UHGV virus genome: UHGV-0045959
From: a virus
Reading direction: 5' to 3' (one strand)
Length of the DNA: 23,790 nt
Below the pieces are notes generated by a model. That model was not told where the DNA came from. It was given only the letters and a program-made list of their open reading frames with translations, and ran no database searches. Of the stretch, positions 6,327 through 15,504 are shown piece after piece. The position numbers were made by a program, and so were the translations under genes. Within the stretch, counting starts at the first letter, position 1. Every line of letters begins with the position of its first letter.

Positions 6327-8810
6327 TTAACGAGGGTTTCGCGTATAGGTTTCAACTATGTCTGATGCACGTAATTTACATGTGATCAATTGTTCTCTTA
6401 TAAATATCTCATCGTGTCGTTTATCACTTGTACAAATGGCCGTGATAAAACTGAGGATAGATGCTTTAAAACGTTCAAGATCATTTATGGTCATTATTCG
6501 AGACCCTTCGTTTAGTGTTGCGGCATATTCAGGCATATTAGAGTGATGTATCATTATAGGTGTGGCGGTAGCAGTTTGATCATACATGTTTCTGAACCAT
6601 GCACCCGACCCATTTAACTGATTGCAGTCATGCTTACTTATTCTTTCTGCGGTTGCTCCATTTTTGCATTCAATTACTAGATAATTGTTTTCTCCCATTG
6701 CCCATAAATTGTCAGGTCCTTTACCTGTATCATTTTCTGGCCGTTGGCTACGAAAACCGACCAAATATGCAACTTTTTCGATAGCATCTTCGAAGGGATT
6801 CGATGTGCCCTCGGAGAAAATAAGGTTTTCTATTATTGAATTAGTATGCACAACGACTTGATTGGCCGATTCAAAATTACTTCTGAGATAGGAGCTACAT
6901 TCCCTGGCCTGTTCAAGTGCCGCACCATTAAGTCTATTATATGTTACGCCGATTAGTGGTTTTAATACCCGATAGTTATCGTTTGATGCAGACTGAAGCA
7001 ATATCTGAGCTTCAGATTTGTCATATAAGTTTACATATTCCGCAGCATGTTCTTTTAGATAACCCTTATAAACTTTGTCAGCTGTACTACTATCATTTTT
7101 TAGAGTTAAAGCGGCTTGTTGAAACATATTTCGTGATGCTAAGTCATATGCCAATCTTTTATTTATAGTATGCTGGTCAATCTGCTTATTTTCCAATGTT
7201 AAGCCAGTCAATATACCTTTGCTTTTTGAGACCCAGTCAGAATTGCGTAACAGACAATAATCAAGAGCACCTTTGATTGAATCAATAGTTGTATCCGGCA
7301 GTATCGATACCAATTGCTGTGAAAGTTGAATTTGTGCTTTCGTTGCTGGAGAAAACCTTTCTAAGGAGGAGCCAAGGAAAACAGCGCCATTTAATGCTTT
7401 GCCAAGTAAGATCACTCCGCAGAAGTCGTCGCTTGATCTCACTCCTCGCCCCATTCCTTGTTCAATTTTCTGGATAATTTCATCTTTGGTTTTTTCGCTT
7501 CCAAGCAATAAGCTTTGTGAGACTTTATCTATTAGTCTACGAACGTCAGGAAGTCCATCTATTACTAATAGACGACATGCGGTATTTGGTAAATCAATAC
7601 CATCATATCTATTAACTAGGACTACTAAGCCAACATGTTGTGTCCTTAATTCTTGTACACCTTGATAAATTGTATTTTTATCTAATATTCTGTCTGCAAC
7701 ATCTTGCCAAAATCTAGTTCTGTAATCGGATGGTACAATTACAACAACATTATGTTTGGAGGATATCTCCTTGCACATAGCTTTGATATCTACATCAGAA
7801 AGACTAGGGTTTATAACCTGAGGCATTAGTATCATTCTATCACCAATATCACCAATTGTTTTTGGTGTTATCGGATTAGAGAGTGATTCATCCGTTATTC
7901 CGAAGTGGCTCGCTAGAATGGATTCATCGACAAGAGTAGCTGTCATGAATATTTTTCTTCTTGCGTTTGATAGGCTTGGGATCATTTGGATTGGTATGCA
8001 ATGAGGTGATATCTCTATTTTGGAAGCACTTACAACGCATTTCGATAATATTAGATTGTCTTTTATTAATGGCCATTTGAAACTCAAGTCATCATGGTCT
8101 TTATTTTCTAACAAGATTGTCATTATATCATTTATGCTTTCTTGCCATTTCCAAAATGGAACTCTCACATAAGCATTTCTATCGCCGGATTTTATCTCTA
8201 GTGTTTTTGCACCAGCTTGTGTCATTAGTGAATTTTCAAAAATTCTGAATAATTTATCATAGGCAGGGTTGTTTTTTTGAATGCTAATGGAGAATTGTTC
8301 TTCAATTGAAGAAAGGCAAGCGTGAGCATCGTCAATTATTATAGAACCTATTGGTATTCTTTGTCCATCATCTCCAACGCCAAATGCAGAACGTCCATTA
8401 ACCACTTTGAATATATTTGTAACTAAAATTTCTTTACCTGCAATAAATTTGGGGGACCTCTCATCTTGAGTTACAGGTATACCAAGTTGATTAGCCTCCA
8501 AAACCACTTGCTCAACTAGATAGTTGTCAGGAACAACATATACAGCGGGACCTTCTCCTTCATTTATACAGCTTTTAAGAATGATTAACCCAACTGAAGT
8601 TTTACCGCTTCCGGTATTCATTTTTATTACATTGGTTGGGCTTCTCCTTGCTTCATACCATTTTTCCCAGACCTCTGATTGCACATCTCGAGGGTATTGA
8701 AATTTGGTGTCTTTGCTCGGTAGAGCTGTAAATATATCTCGCGGTGGAATCGCTGTGTCGCTATTTACACTGGGCGAAAGCTTGGTTAAATCAAGGAAAA
8801 AACCAGACAT
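6327..8810 (-). CDS. SF2 helicase fused to a C-terminal PD-(D/E)xK-like nuclease module; candidate single-protein anti-phage defence gene
   Basis: 827-aa ORF with GAGGA Shine-Dalgarno 7 nt upstream of the ATG. Helicase motifs in order: I MNTGSGKTS (aa 64-72), II IIIDDAH (aa 157-163), III MTATL, V YDGIDLP, VI QGMGRGVR (aa 451-458). C-terminal GPD (aa 698-700) followed 14 residues later by VIECK (aa 712-716). Markedly AT-rich compared with flanking phage genes. Confidence 0.8.
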   Translation of the reverse strand: MSGFFLDLTKLSPSVNSDTAIPPRDIFTALPSKDTKFQYPRDVQSEVWEKWYEARRSPTNVIKMNTGSGKTSVGLIILKSCINEGEGPAVYVVPDNYLVEQVVLEANQLGIPVTQDERSPKFIAGKEILVTNIFKVVNGRSAFGVGDDGQRIPIGSIIIDDAHACLSSIEEQFSISIQKNNPAYDKLFRIFENSLMTQAGAKTLEIKSGDRNAYVRVPFWKWQESINDIMTILLENKDHDDLSFKWPLIKDNLILSKCVVSASKIEISPHCIPIQMIPSLSNARRKIFMTATLVDESILASHFGITDESLSNPITPKTIGDIGDRMILMPQVINPSLSDVDIKAMCKEISSKHNVVVIVPSDYRTRFWQDVADRILDKNTIYQGVQELRTQHVGLVVLVNRYDGIDLPNTACRLLVIDGLPDVRRLIDKVSQSLLLGSEKTKDEIIQKIEQGMGRGVRSSDDFCGVILLGKALNGAVFLGSSLERFSPATKAQIQLSQQLVSILPDTTIDSIKGALDYCLLRNSDWVSKSKGILTGLTLENKQIDQHTINKRLAYDLASRNMFQQAALTLKNDSSTADKVYKGYLKEHAAEYVNLYDKSEAQILLQSASNDNYRVLKPLIGVTYNRLNGAALEQARECSSYLRSNFESANQVVVHTNSIIENLIFSEGTSNPFEDAIEKVAYLVGFRSQRPENDTGKGPDNLWAMGENNYLVIECKNGATAERISKHDCNQLNGSGAWFRNMYDQTATATPIMIHHSNMPEYAATLNEGSRIMTINDLERFKASILSFITAICTSDKRHDEIFIREQLITCKLRASDIVETYTRNPR

Positions 8811-8870
8811 TTTTTATCCTCTTACAGGTACATTAGTTTAATTGTTAACGCAGAATTATCATTACCATAA

Positions 8871-8900
8871 CTTGCATTAAGTTGCATTACATTGCATTCA
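8871..8900. repeat. three tandem 10-bp repeats containing TTGCATT
   Basis: cTTGCATTaa / gTTGCATTac / aTTGCATTca at 8871..8900, 61-90 bp upstream of the 827-aa gene start and about 95 bp from cos. Confidence 0.6.
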
Positions 8901-8993
8901 TAAACGTTAGCTAGGGGCGAAGTCTGAGGTTTGATGGGCTATGGTGTCCCCTTTAATACGAGGTTGCATCAAAACCGCCCCATGAAGCGGGCG

Positions 8994-9012
8994 GGCGAGG
9001 CGGGGAAAGCAC
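8994..9012. other. cos: cos site (P2-type 19-nt cohesive-end sequence)
   Basis: GGCGAGGCGGGGAAAGCAC matches the P2 cohesive-end sequence as I recall it; located upstream of the Q/P packaging genes as in P2. Confidence 0.75.
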
Positions 9013-9154
9013 TGCGCGCTGGCGGTGGTGCTGATTTTATTTTTTCAGCGTCTCAGCGCGTCGTGACGGCGCTTAGTCTGTCCGTTGAGGCGTTGGTTTG
9101 CCTGCGGACTGTTTTGTGCGGTGGTGAGCGTGTGAGGGCGTGATGACGGGATGT

Positions 9155-9176
9155 AAAAAAGCCGCCCGCAGGCGGC
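9155..9176 (-). terminator. rho-independent terminator downstream of Q
   Basis: GC hairpin GCCGCC-cgca-GGCGGC (9161..9176) followed on the minus strand by a 6-nt T run (9155..9160), 6 nt past the Q stop. Confidence 0.65.
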
Positions 9177-9181
9177 GATGT

Positions 9182-10216
9182 TCAGCCGTTGTCAGTGTCC
9201 AGTGAGTAGTTTTTAAAGCGGATGACCTCCTGACCGAGCCAGCCGTTTATCTCGCGGATCCTGTCCTGTAGCGGGATAAGCTCATTGCGGACAAAGACCT
9301 TTGCCACTTTCTCAATATCTCCCAGTGACCCGACGTTCTCCGGCTTGCCGCCCATCAACTGAAAGGGGATGCGGTGCGCGTCCAGCAGGTCAGCGGCGCT
9401 GGCTTTTTTGATATTAAAAAAATCGTCCTTCGTTGCCACTTCACTGAGCGGGATAATTTTAATGCCGTCAGCTTTCCCCTGCGGGGCATAGAGAAACAGA
9501 TTTTTAAAGTTGTTGCGGCCTTTCGACTTAACCATGTTTTCGCGAAGCATTTCGATATCGTTGCGGTCCTGCACGGCATCGGTGACGTACATGATATATC
9601 CGGCATGAGCGCCGTTTTCGTAATACTTGCGGCGGAACAGCGTGGCTGACTCATTCAGCCAGGCAGAGTTAAGGGCGCTCAGATATTCTGGCAGGCCGTA
9701 CAGCTCCTGATTGATATCCGGCTCCAGCAGGTGAAACACGGAGCCGGGCGTGAAAGGTGTCGGCTCGTTGAAGGACGGCACCCACCAGTAAACATCCTCC
9801 TCCACGCCACGACGGGTATATTTTGCCGGTGAGGTTTCCAGTCTGATGACCTTACCGGTGGTGCTGTAACGCTTTTCCAGAAACGCATTACCGAACACCA
9901 GAAAATCCAGCACAAAGCGGCTGAAATCCTGCTGGGAAAGCCACGGATGCGGGATAAATGTTGAGGCCAGAATATTACGTTTGACGTAAATCGGTGAGCT
10001 GTGATGCACGGCAGCACGCAGGCTTTTTGCCAGACCGGTAAAGCTGACCGGTGGTTCATACCATCTGCCGTTACTGATGCACTCGACGTAATCCAGAATG
10101 TCACGGCGGTCGAGTACCGGTACCGGCTCGCCAAAGGTGAATGCTTCCATTTTCGGGGCGCTGGCGGTCATTTTTTTGGCCGCAGGTTGCGGTGTTTTCC
10201 CTTTTTTCTTGCTCAT
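9182..10216 (-). CDS. Q: portal protein (gpQ)
   Basis: 344 aa, identical in size to P2 gpQ; first gene clockwise of cos, co-oriented with the terminase; start overlaps the P stop by 1 nt. Confidence 0.9.
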   Translation of the reverse strand: MSKKKGKTPQPAAKKMTASAPKMEAFTFGEPVPVLDRRDILDYVECISNGRWYEPPVSFTGLAKSLRAAVHHSSPIYVKRNILASTFIPHPWLSQQDFSRFVLDFLVFGNAFLEKRYSTTGKVIRLETSPAKYTRRGVEEDVYWWVPSFNEPTPFTPGSVFHLLEPDINQELYGLPEYLSALNSAWLNESATLFRRKYYENGAHAGYIMYVTDAVQDRNDIEMLRENMVKSKGRNNFKNLFLYAPQGKADGIKIIPLSEVATKDDFFNIKKASAADLLDAHRIPFQLMGGKPENVGSLGDIEKVAKVFVRNELIPLQDRIREINGWLGQEVIRFKNYSLDTDNG

Positions 10217-11988
10217 CAGTAAAACTCCAGAATGGTGGATGTCAGCGGGGTGCTGATACCGGCGGTGAGTGGCTCATTTAACAGGGCGTGCATGGTCGCC
10301 CAGGCGAGGTCGGCGTGGCTGGCTTCCTCGCTGCGGCTGGCCTCATACGTGGCGCTGCGTCCGCTGCTGGTCATGGTCTTGCGGATAGCCATAAACGAGC
10401 TGGTGATGTCGGTGGCGCTGACGTCATATTCCAGACAGCCACGGCGGATGACGTCTTTTGCCTTGAGCACCATTGCGGTTTTCATTTCCGGTGTGTAGCG
10501 GATATCGCGCGCGGCGGGATAGAACGAGCGCACGAGCTGGAACACGCCGACACCGAGGCCGGTGGCATCAATACCGATGTATTCGACGTTGTATTTTTCG
10601 GTGAGTTTGCGGATGGATTCCGCCTGAGTGGCAAAGTCCATGCCTTTCCACTGGTGACGCTCAAGTATTCTGAATTTGCCACCGGCCACCACCGGCGGTG
10701 CCAGTACCACGCATCCGGCGCTGTCGCCACGGTGTGACGGGTCGTAACCAATCCATACCGGGCGGGAGCCGAACGGATTCGCGGCAAACGGCGCATAGTC
10801 TTCCCATTCTTCCAGCGTGTCGACCATGCAGCGTTGCAGCTCCTCGAACGGGAACACCGACGCCTTGTCGTCAACAAATTCACACATGAACAGGTTTTTA
10901 AAATCGTCGGCGCTGTTTTCACGTTTGAGCTGCTCAATGTCGAACAGCGTGCAGCCGCCTTTCAGCGCGTCCTCAATGGTGACAATCTGCCGCCACTGGC
11001 CGTCTGCACAGAGAAGCCCACCGGCAAGGGCGTTATGACTGACGTCGATTTCCACGCGTTCGGCGGCGCTGGCGCGTCCCCGGTTGAACAGTTCACCCGA
11101 CCAGAACGGGTAGGCGTCGTGCGCCAGCGTGGACGGGGTGGAGAAATAGGTCGAACGCAGGTGACTCTGTGAGGCCATACCTGATGCCACCTTACGCAGT
11201 ACCTGAAAATTCGGGATCCAGAAAATCTCGTCGACGTACAGGTCGCCGTTATGGCTCTGCGCGGTGTTGGAGTTGGTGCCGAGAAAAATCAGTTTTGCGC
11301 CGTTATTGCCCAGGACAATCGGGTCACCGGTCAGGTCAACGTCAACCAGCCGGGCAAAGGCGATGATGTATTCGCGGAACACATACGCCTGCGTTTTACT
11401 GGCCGACAGAAAAATCTGGTTATGACCGGTTTTCAGGGCGCGCAGCAGCGCCTCGCGGGAAAAATAAAACGTCGCGCCAATCTGGCGGGATTTCAGGATA
11501 TCGCGGATGCGGTGCTCAAGCCCGGCGCGATACCAGTGCAACTGATATTCGAAAGACTGCTCAAAGAAAATCTGCTCCAGCTTTTCGATGGCCTCGTCAC
11601 TGAAAAAATTCTTTTTCGGTTTGCGCCGCCCGCCTTTGTTGCGGTTAGCGACGTTCGGATTAAGGTCTGCCTCGTTGCCGGTCTGACTGTAACGGTTGAC
11701 CCGTGCCAGTCGTTCAATCTGGCGTCCCAGCAGGTCAATTTCCTTGAAGTCACCGCCGGTTTTCTGCGGTTTGATGATGAGCTGGGTCAGCCGCGCTTCC
11801 AGACTCATTTCGACACGGCTGATGGGGGCAACGCTGTCCCAGCCGTCGCGCTGTTTCCAGCTCTGCACCGTCGGGCGTTTCATCTGCAACATGGCGGCAA
11901 TCTGCGGCACGGAAAATCCCTGCCAGTACAGCAGCGCCGCCTGACGACGCGGGTCGTGTAAAAGAGTGGTGTCTGTGGTGATGGTCAT
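10216..11988 (-). CDS. P: terminase large subunit (gpP)
   Basis: ORF 10216..12018; likely start at MTITTDTTLL (11988), about 590 aa as in P2 gpP. Confidence 0.9.
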   Translation of the reverse strand: MTITTDTTLLHDPRRQAALLYWQGFSVPQIAAMLQMKRPTVQSWKQRDGWDSVAPISRVEMSLEARLTQLIIKPQKTGGDFKEIDLLGRQIERLARVNRYSQTGNEADLNPNVANRNKGGRRKPKKNFFSDEAIEKLEQIFFEQSFEYQLHWYRAGLEHRIRDILKSRQIGATFYFSREALLRALKTGHNQIFLSASKTQAYVFREYIIAFARLVDVDLTGDPIVLGNNGAKLIFLGTNSNTAQSHNGDLYVDEIFWIPNFQVLRKVASGMASQSHLRSTYFSTPSTLAHDAYPFWSGELFNRGRASAAERVEIDVSHNALAGGLLCADGQWRQIVTIEDALKGGCTLFDIEQLKRENSADDFKNLFMCEFVDDKASVFPFEELQRCMVDTLEEWEDYAPFAANPFGSRPVWIGYDPSHRGDSAGCVVLAPPVVAGGKFRILERHQWKGMDFATQAESIRKLTEKYNVEYIGIDATGLGVGVFQLVRSFYPAARDIRYTPEMKTAMVLKAKDVIRRGCLEYDVSATDITSSFMAIRKTMTSSGRSATYEASRSEEASHADLAWATMHALLNEPLTAGISTPLTSTILEFY

Positions 11989-12161
11989 GAATACCTCGCC
12001 GTGATGAATACACGGCAAGGCTACTGAGTCGCGCCCCGCGATTCGCTAAGGTGCTGTTGTGTCAGTGATAAGCCATCCGGGACTGATGGCGGAGGATGCG
12101 CATCGTCGGGAAACTGATGCCGACATGTGACTCCTCTAATCACTATTCAGGACTCCTGACA
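11989..12161. promoter_or_regulatory. divergent late-promoter region between P and O
   Basis: 173-bp intergenic region between divergently transcribed P and O, where P2 has its Ogr-dependent late promoters. Small inverted repeat CCGTG-n7-CACGG at 11999..12015. No consensus element confirmed. Confidence 0.4.
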
Positions 12162-13016
12162 ATGGCAAAAAAAGTCTCAAAATTCTTTCGTATCGGCGTT
12201 GAGGGTGACACCTGTGACGGGCGTGTCATCAGTGCGCAGGATATTCAGGAAATGGCCGAAACCTTTGACCCGCGTGTCTATGGTTGCCGCATTAACCTGG
12301 AACATCTGCGCGGCATCCTGCCTGACGGTATTTTTAAGCGTTATGGCGATGTGGCCGAACTGAAGGCCGAAAAGATTGACGACGATTCGGCGCTGAAAGG
12401 CAAATGGGCGCTGTTTGCGAAAATCACCCCGACCGATGACCTTATCGCGATGAACAAGGCCGCGCAGAAGGTCTACACCTCAATGGAAATTCAGCCGAAC
12501 TTTGCCAACACCGGCAAATGTTATCTGGTGGGGCTGGCCGTCACCGATGACCCGGCAAGCCTCGGCACGGAATACCTGGAATTCTGCCGCACGGCAAAAC
12601 ATAACCCTCTGAACCGCTTCAAATTAAGCCCTGAAAACCTGATTTCAGTGGCAACGCCTGTTGAGCTGGAATTTGAAGACCTGCCTGAAACCGTGTTCAC
12701 CGCCCTGACCGAAAAGGTGAAATCTATTTTTGGCCGCAAACAGGCCAGCGATGACGCCCGTCTGAATGACGTGCATGAAGCGGTGACCGCTGTTGCTGAA
12801 CATGTGCAGGAAAAACTGAGCGCCACTGAGCAGCGCCTCGCTGAGATGGAAACTGCCTTTTCCGCTCTTAAGCAGGAGGTGACTGACAGGGCGGATGAAA
12901 CCAGCCAGGCATTCACCAGCCTGAAAAACAGCCTCGACCACACCGAAAGTCTGACCCAGCAGCGCCGCAGCAAGGCCACCGGCGGTGGCGGTGACGCGCT
13001 GATGACGAACTGCTGA
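12162..13016 (+). CDS. O: capsid scaffolding protein (gpO)
   Basis: ORF 12096..13016; start at MAKKVSKFF (12162) gives 284 aa, the size of P2 gpO; coiled-coil-like acidic C-terminal half. Confidence 0.88.
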   Translation: MAKKVSKFFRIGVEGDTCDGRVISAQDIQEMAETFDPRVYGCRINLEHLRGILPDGIFKRYGDVAELKAEKIDDDSALKGKWALFAKITPTDDLIAMNKAAQKVYTSMEIQPNFANTGKCYLVGLAVTDDPASLGTEYLEFCRTAKHNPLNRFKLSPENLISVATPVELEFEDLPETVFTALTEKVKSIFGRKQASDDARLNDVHEAVTAVAEHVQEKLSATEQRLAEMETAFSALKQEVTDRADETSQAFTSLKNSLDHTESLTQQRRSKATGGGGDALMTNC

Positions 13017-13074
13017 CCGGCGTCAGTCAGTCCGGGAAAACCTTCACGATTAACCCTTAATTTCAGGAAAAACT

Positions 13075-14148
13075 ATGCGCCAGGAAACCCGCTTTAAATT
13101 TAATGCCTACCTGTCCCGTGTTGCCGAACTGAACGGCATCGACGCCGGTGATGTGTCGAAAAAATTCACCGTTGAACCGTCGGTCACCCAGACCCTGATG
13201 AACACCATGCAGGAGTCCTCTGACTTTCTGACCCGCATCAACATTGTGCCGGTCAGCGAAATGAAAGGGGAAAAAATTGGTATTGGTGTCACCGGCTCCA
13301 TCGCCAGCACCACCGACACCGCCGGTGGCACCGAGCGTCAGCCGAAGGACTTCTCGAAGCTGGCGTCAAACAAGTACGAATGCGACCAGATTAACTTCGA
13401 TTTTTATATCCGCTACAAAACGCTTGACCTGTGGGCGCGTTATCAGGATTTCCAGCTCCGTGTCCGTAACGCCATTATCAAACGTCAGGCTCTTGATTTA
13501 ATCATGGCCGGTTTTAACGGTGTGAAGCGTGCCGAAACCTCTGACCGCAGCAGTAACCCGATGCTGCAGGATGTGGCGGTCGGCTGGCTGCAGAAATACC
13601 GCAATGAAGCCCCGGCGCGCGTGATGAGTAAGGTCACTGACGAGGAAGGCCGCACCACCTCTGAGGTTATCCGCGTGGGTAAGGGCGGTGATTATGCCAG
13701 CCTTGATGCACTGGTGATGGATGCGACCAACAACCTGATTGAGCCGTGGTATCAGGAAGACCCTGACCTTGTGGTGATTGTGGGGCGTCAGTTACTGGCG
13801 GACAAGTATTTCCCCATCGTTAACAAGGAGCAGGACAACAGCGAAATGCTGGCCGCTGACGTCATCATCAGCCAGAAACGCATCGGTAACCTGCCAGCGG
13901 TACGCGTCCCGTACTTCCCGGCGGATGCGATGCTCATCACGAAGCTGGAAAACCTGTCCATCTACTACATGGATGACAGCCATCGCCGCGTGATTGTGGA
14001 AAACCCGAAACTCGACCGCGTGGAGAACTACGAGTCAATGAACATTGATTACGTGGTGGAAGACTACGCCGCCGGTTGTCTGGTGGAAAAAATTAAGGTC
14101 GGTGATTTCTCCACACCGGCTAAGGCGACCGCAGAGCCGGGAGCGTAA
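13075..14148 (+). CDS. N: major capsid protein (gpN)
   Basis: 357 aa, same size and position as P2 gpN, directly after the scaffold gene. Confidence 0.9.
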   Translation: MRQETRFKFNAYLSRVAELNGIDAGDVSKKFTVEPSVTQTLMNTMQESSDFLTRINIVPVSEMKGEKIGIGVTGSIASTTDTAGGTERQPKDFSKLASNKYECDQINFDFYIRYKTLDLWARYQDFQLRVRNAIIKRQALDLIMAGFNGVKRAETSDRSSNPMLQDVAVGWLQKYRNEAPARVMSKVTDEEGRTTSEVIRVGKGGDYASLDALVMDATNNLIEPWYQEDPDLVVIVGRQLLADKYFPIVNKEQDNSEMLAADVIISQKRIGNLPAVRVPYFPADAMLITKLENLSIYYMDDSHRRVIVENPKLDRVENYESMNIDYVVEDYAAGCLVEKIKVGDFSTPAKATAEPGA

Positions 14149-14151
14149 CCG

Positions 14152-14895
14152 ATGACGAGTCCCGCACAGCGCCACATGATGCGGGTCTCGGCAGCGATGA
14201 CCGCGCAGCGGGAAGCCGCCCCGCTGCGACATGCAACTGTCTATGAGCAGATGCTGGTTAAGCTCGCCGCAGATCAGCGCACACTGAAAGCGATTTATTC
14301 AAAAGAGCTGAAGGCCGCGAAAAAACGCGAACTGCTGCCGTTCTGGTTGCCGTGGGTGAACGGCGTGCTGGAGCAGGGCAAAGGTGCACAGGATGACATT
14401 CTGATGACGGTCATGCTGTGGCGTCTGGATACCGGCGATATTGCCGGTGCGCTGGAGATTGCCCGTTATGCCCTGAAGTACGGTCTGACCATGCCGGGTA
14501 AACACCGCCGCACTCCGCCGTACATGTTCACCGAGGAGGTGGCGCTTGCGGCCATACGCGCTCACGCTGCCGGTGAATCCGTGGATACCCGCCTGCTGAC
14601 GGAGACCCTTGAACTGACCGCCACGGCTGACATGCCTGATGAAGTGCGCGCAAAGCTGCACAAAATCACCGGTCTGTTTCTGCGTGACGGTGGTGATGCC
14701 GCCGGTGCGCTGGCTCACCTGCAACGTGCGACCCGGCTCGACTGTCAGGCAGGCGTCAAAAAAGAGATTGAACGACTGGAGCGGGAGCTGAAACCGAAGC
14801 CGGAGCAGCAACCCAAAGCGGCCACCCGTGCCACGCGTAAGACCCGGAGCGTGACACCGGCAAAACGTGGACGCCCGAAAAAGAAAGCCAGTTAA
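14152..14895 (+). CDS. M: terminase small (endonuclease) subunit (gpM)
   Basis: 247 aa, same size and position as P2 gpM; basic Lys/Arg-rich C-terminal tail. Confidence 0.88.
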   Translation: MTSPAQRHMMRVSAAMTAQREAAPLRHATVYEQMLVKLAADQRTLKAIYSKELKAAKKRELLPFWLPWVNGVLEQGKGAQDDILMTVMLWRLDTGDIAGALEIARYALKYGLTMPGKHRRTPPYMFTEEVALAAIRAHAAGESVDTRLLTETLELTATADMPDEVRAKLHKITGLFLRDGGDAAGALAHLQRATRLDCQAGVKKEIERLERELKPKPEQQPKAATRATRKTRSVTPAKRGRPKKKAS

Positions 14896-14994
14896 CAACC
14901 GAATGCGCCCCGCGCCAGGGCGGCACGCCGGTCAGTGAGGGTGAATCACCTGACACTGCACCGGCGTCCACCGCCCGACTTTTCAGAGGTAGTC

Positions 14995-15504
14995 ATGATG
15001 ACGCTGATTATTCCGCGAAAGGAGGCTCCCGTGTCCGGTGAGGGTACGGTGGTCATCCCGCAACCGGCAGGCGACGAGCCGGTGATTAAAAACACGTTCT
15101 TTTTTCCCGATATCGACCCGAAGCGCGTCCGGGAACGTATGCGCCTTGAGCAGACCGTCGCCCCCGCCCGTCTGCGTGAGGCCATCAAGTCAGGCATGGC
15201 TGAAACGAATGCGGAGCTGTACGAGTACCGTGAACAGAAAATTGCCGCCGGGTTTACGCGTCTGGCGGACGTCCCGGCGGACGATATCGACGGTGAAAGC
15301 ATCAAAGTTTTTTACTACGAGCGCGCCGTGTGTGCGATGGCGACCGCGTCGCTTTATGAGCGTTATCGCGGTGTGGATGCCAGTGCAAAAGGCGACAAGA
15401 AGGCCGACAGCATAGACAGCACTATTGATGAGCTGTGGCGGGATATGCGCTGGGCAGTGGCGCGTATCCAGGACAAGCCGCGCTGCATCGTGAGTCAAAT
15501 CTGA
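14995..15504 (+). CDS. L: head completion/stabilisation protein (gpL)
   Basis: ORF 14935..15504; start at MMTLIIPRKEAP (14995) gives 169 aa as in P2 gpL. Confidence 0.85.
   Translation: MMTLIIPRKEAPVSGEGTVVIPQPAGDEPVIKNTFFFPDIDPKRVRERMRLEQTVAPARLREAIKSGMAETNAELYEYREQKIAAGFTRLADVPADDIDGESIKVFYYERAVCAMATASLYERYRGVDASAKGDKKADSIDSTIDELWRDMRWAVARIQDKPRCIVSQI

Noticed and set aside
6358-7665. Several short + strand ORFs (6358..6546, 6599..6784, 6941..7168, 7289..7477, 7399..7665) opposite the 827-aa gene
   Set aside because: All are antisense to a gene with a complete ordered helicase motif set; AT-rich sequence generates such ORFs by chance.
8931-9143. 70-aa ORF spanning the cos site
   Set aside because: It covers the cohesive-end sequence and the Q terminator, has a Gly/Ala/Arg-rich low-complexity product and no ribosome-binding site; unlikely to be coding.
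9355-12013. Multiple antisense ORFs within Q and P (e.g. 9679..10134, 10288..10737, 10482..10937, 10834..11172, 11251..11961)
   Set aside because: These are opposite-strand or alternate-frame shadows of the portal and terminase genes in GC-rich sequence, with Arg/Ala/Gly-rich translations and no independent support.
14935-14994. Long N-terminal extension of the L ORF (start at 14935)
   Set aside because: The extension has no ribosome-binding site and adds a Pro/Arg-rich leader; the MMTLIIPRK start at 14995 gives the P2 gpL size.
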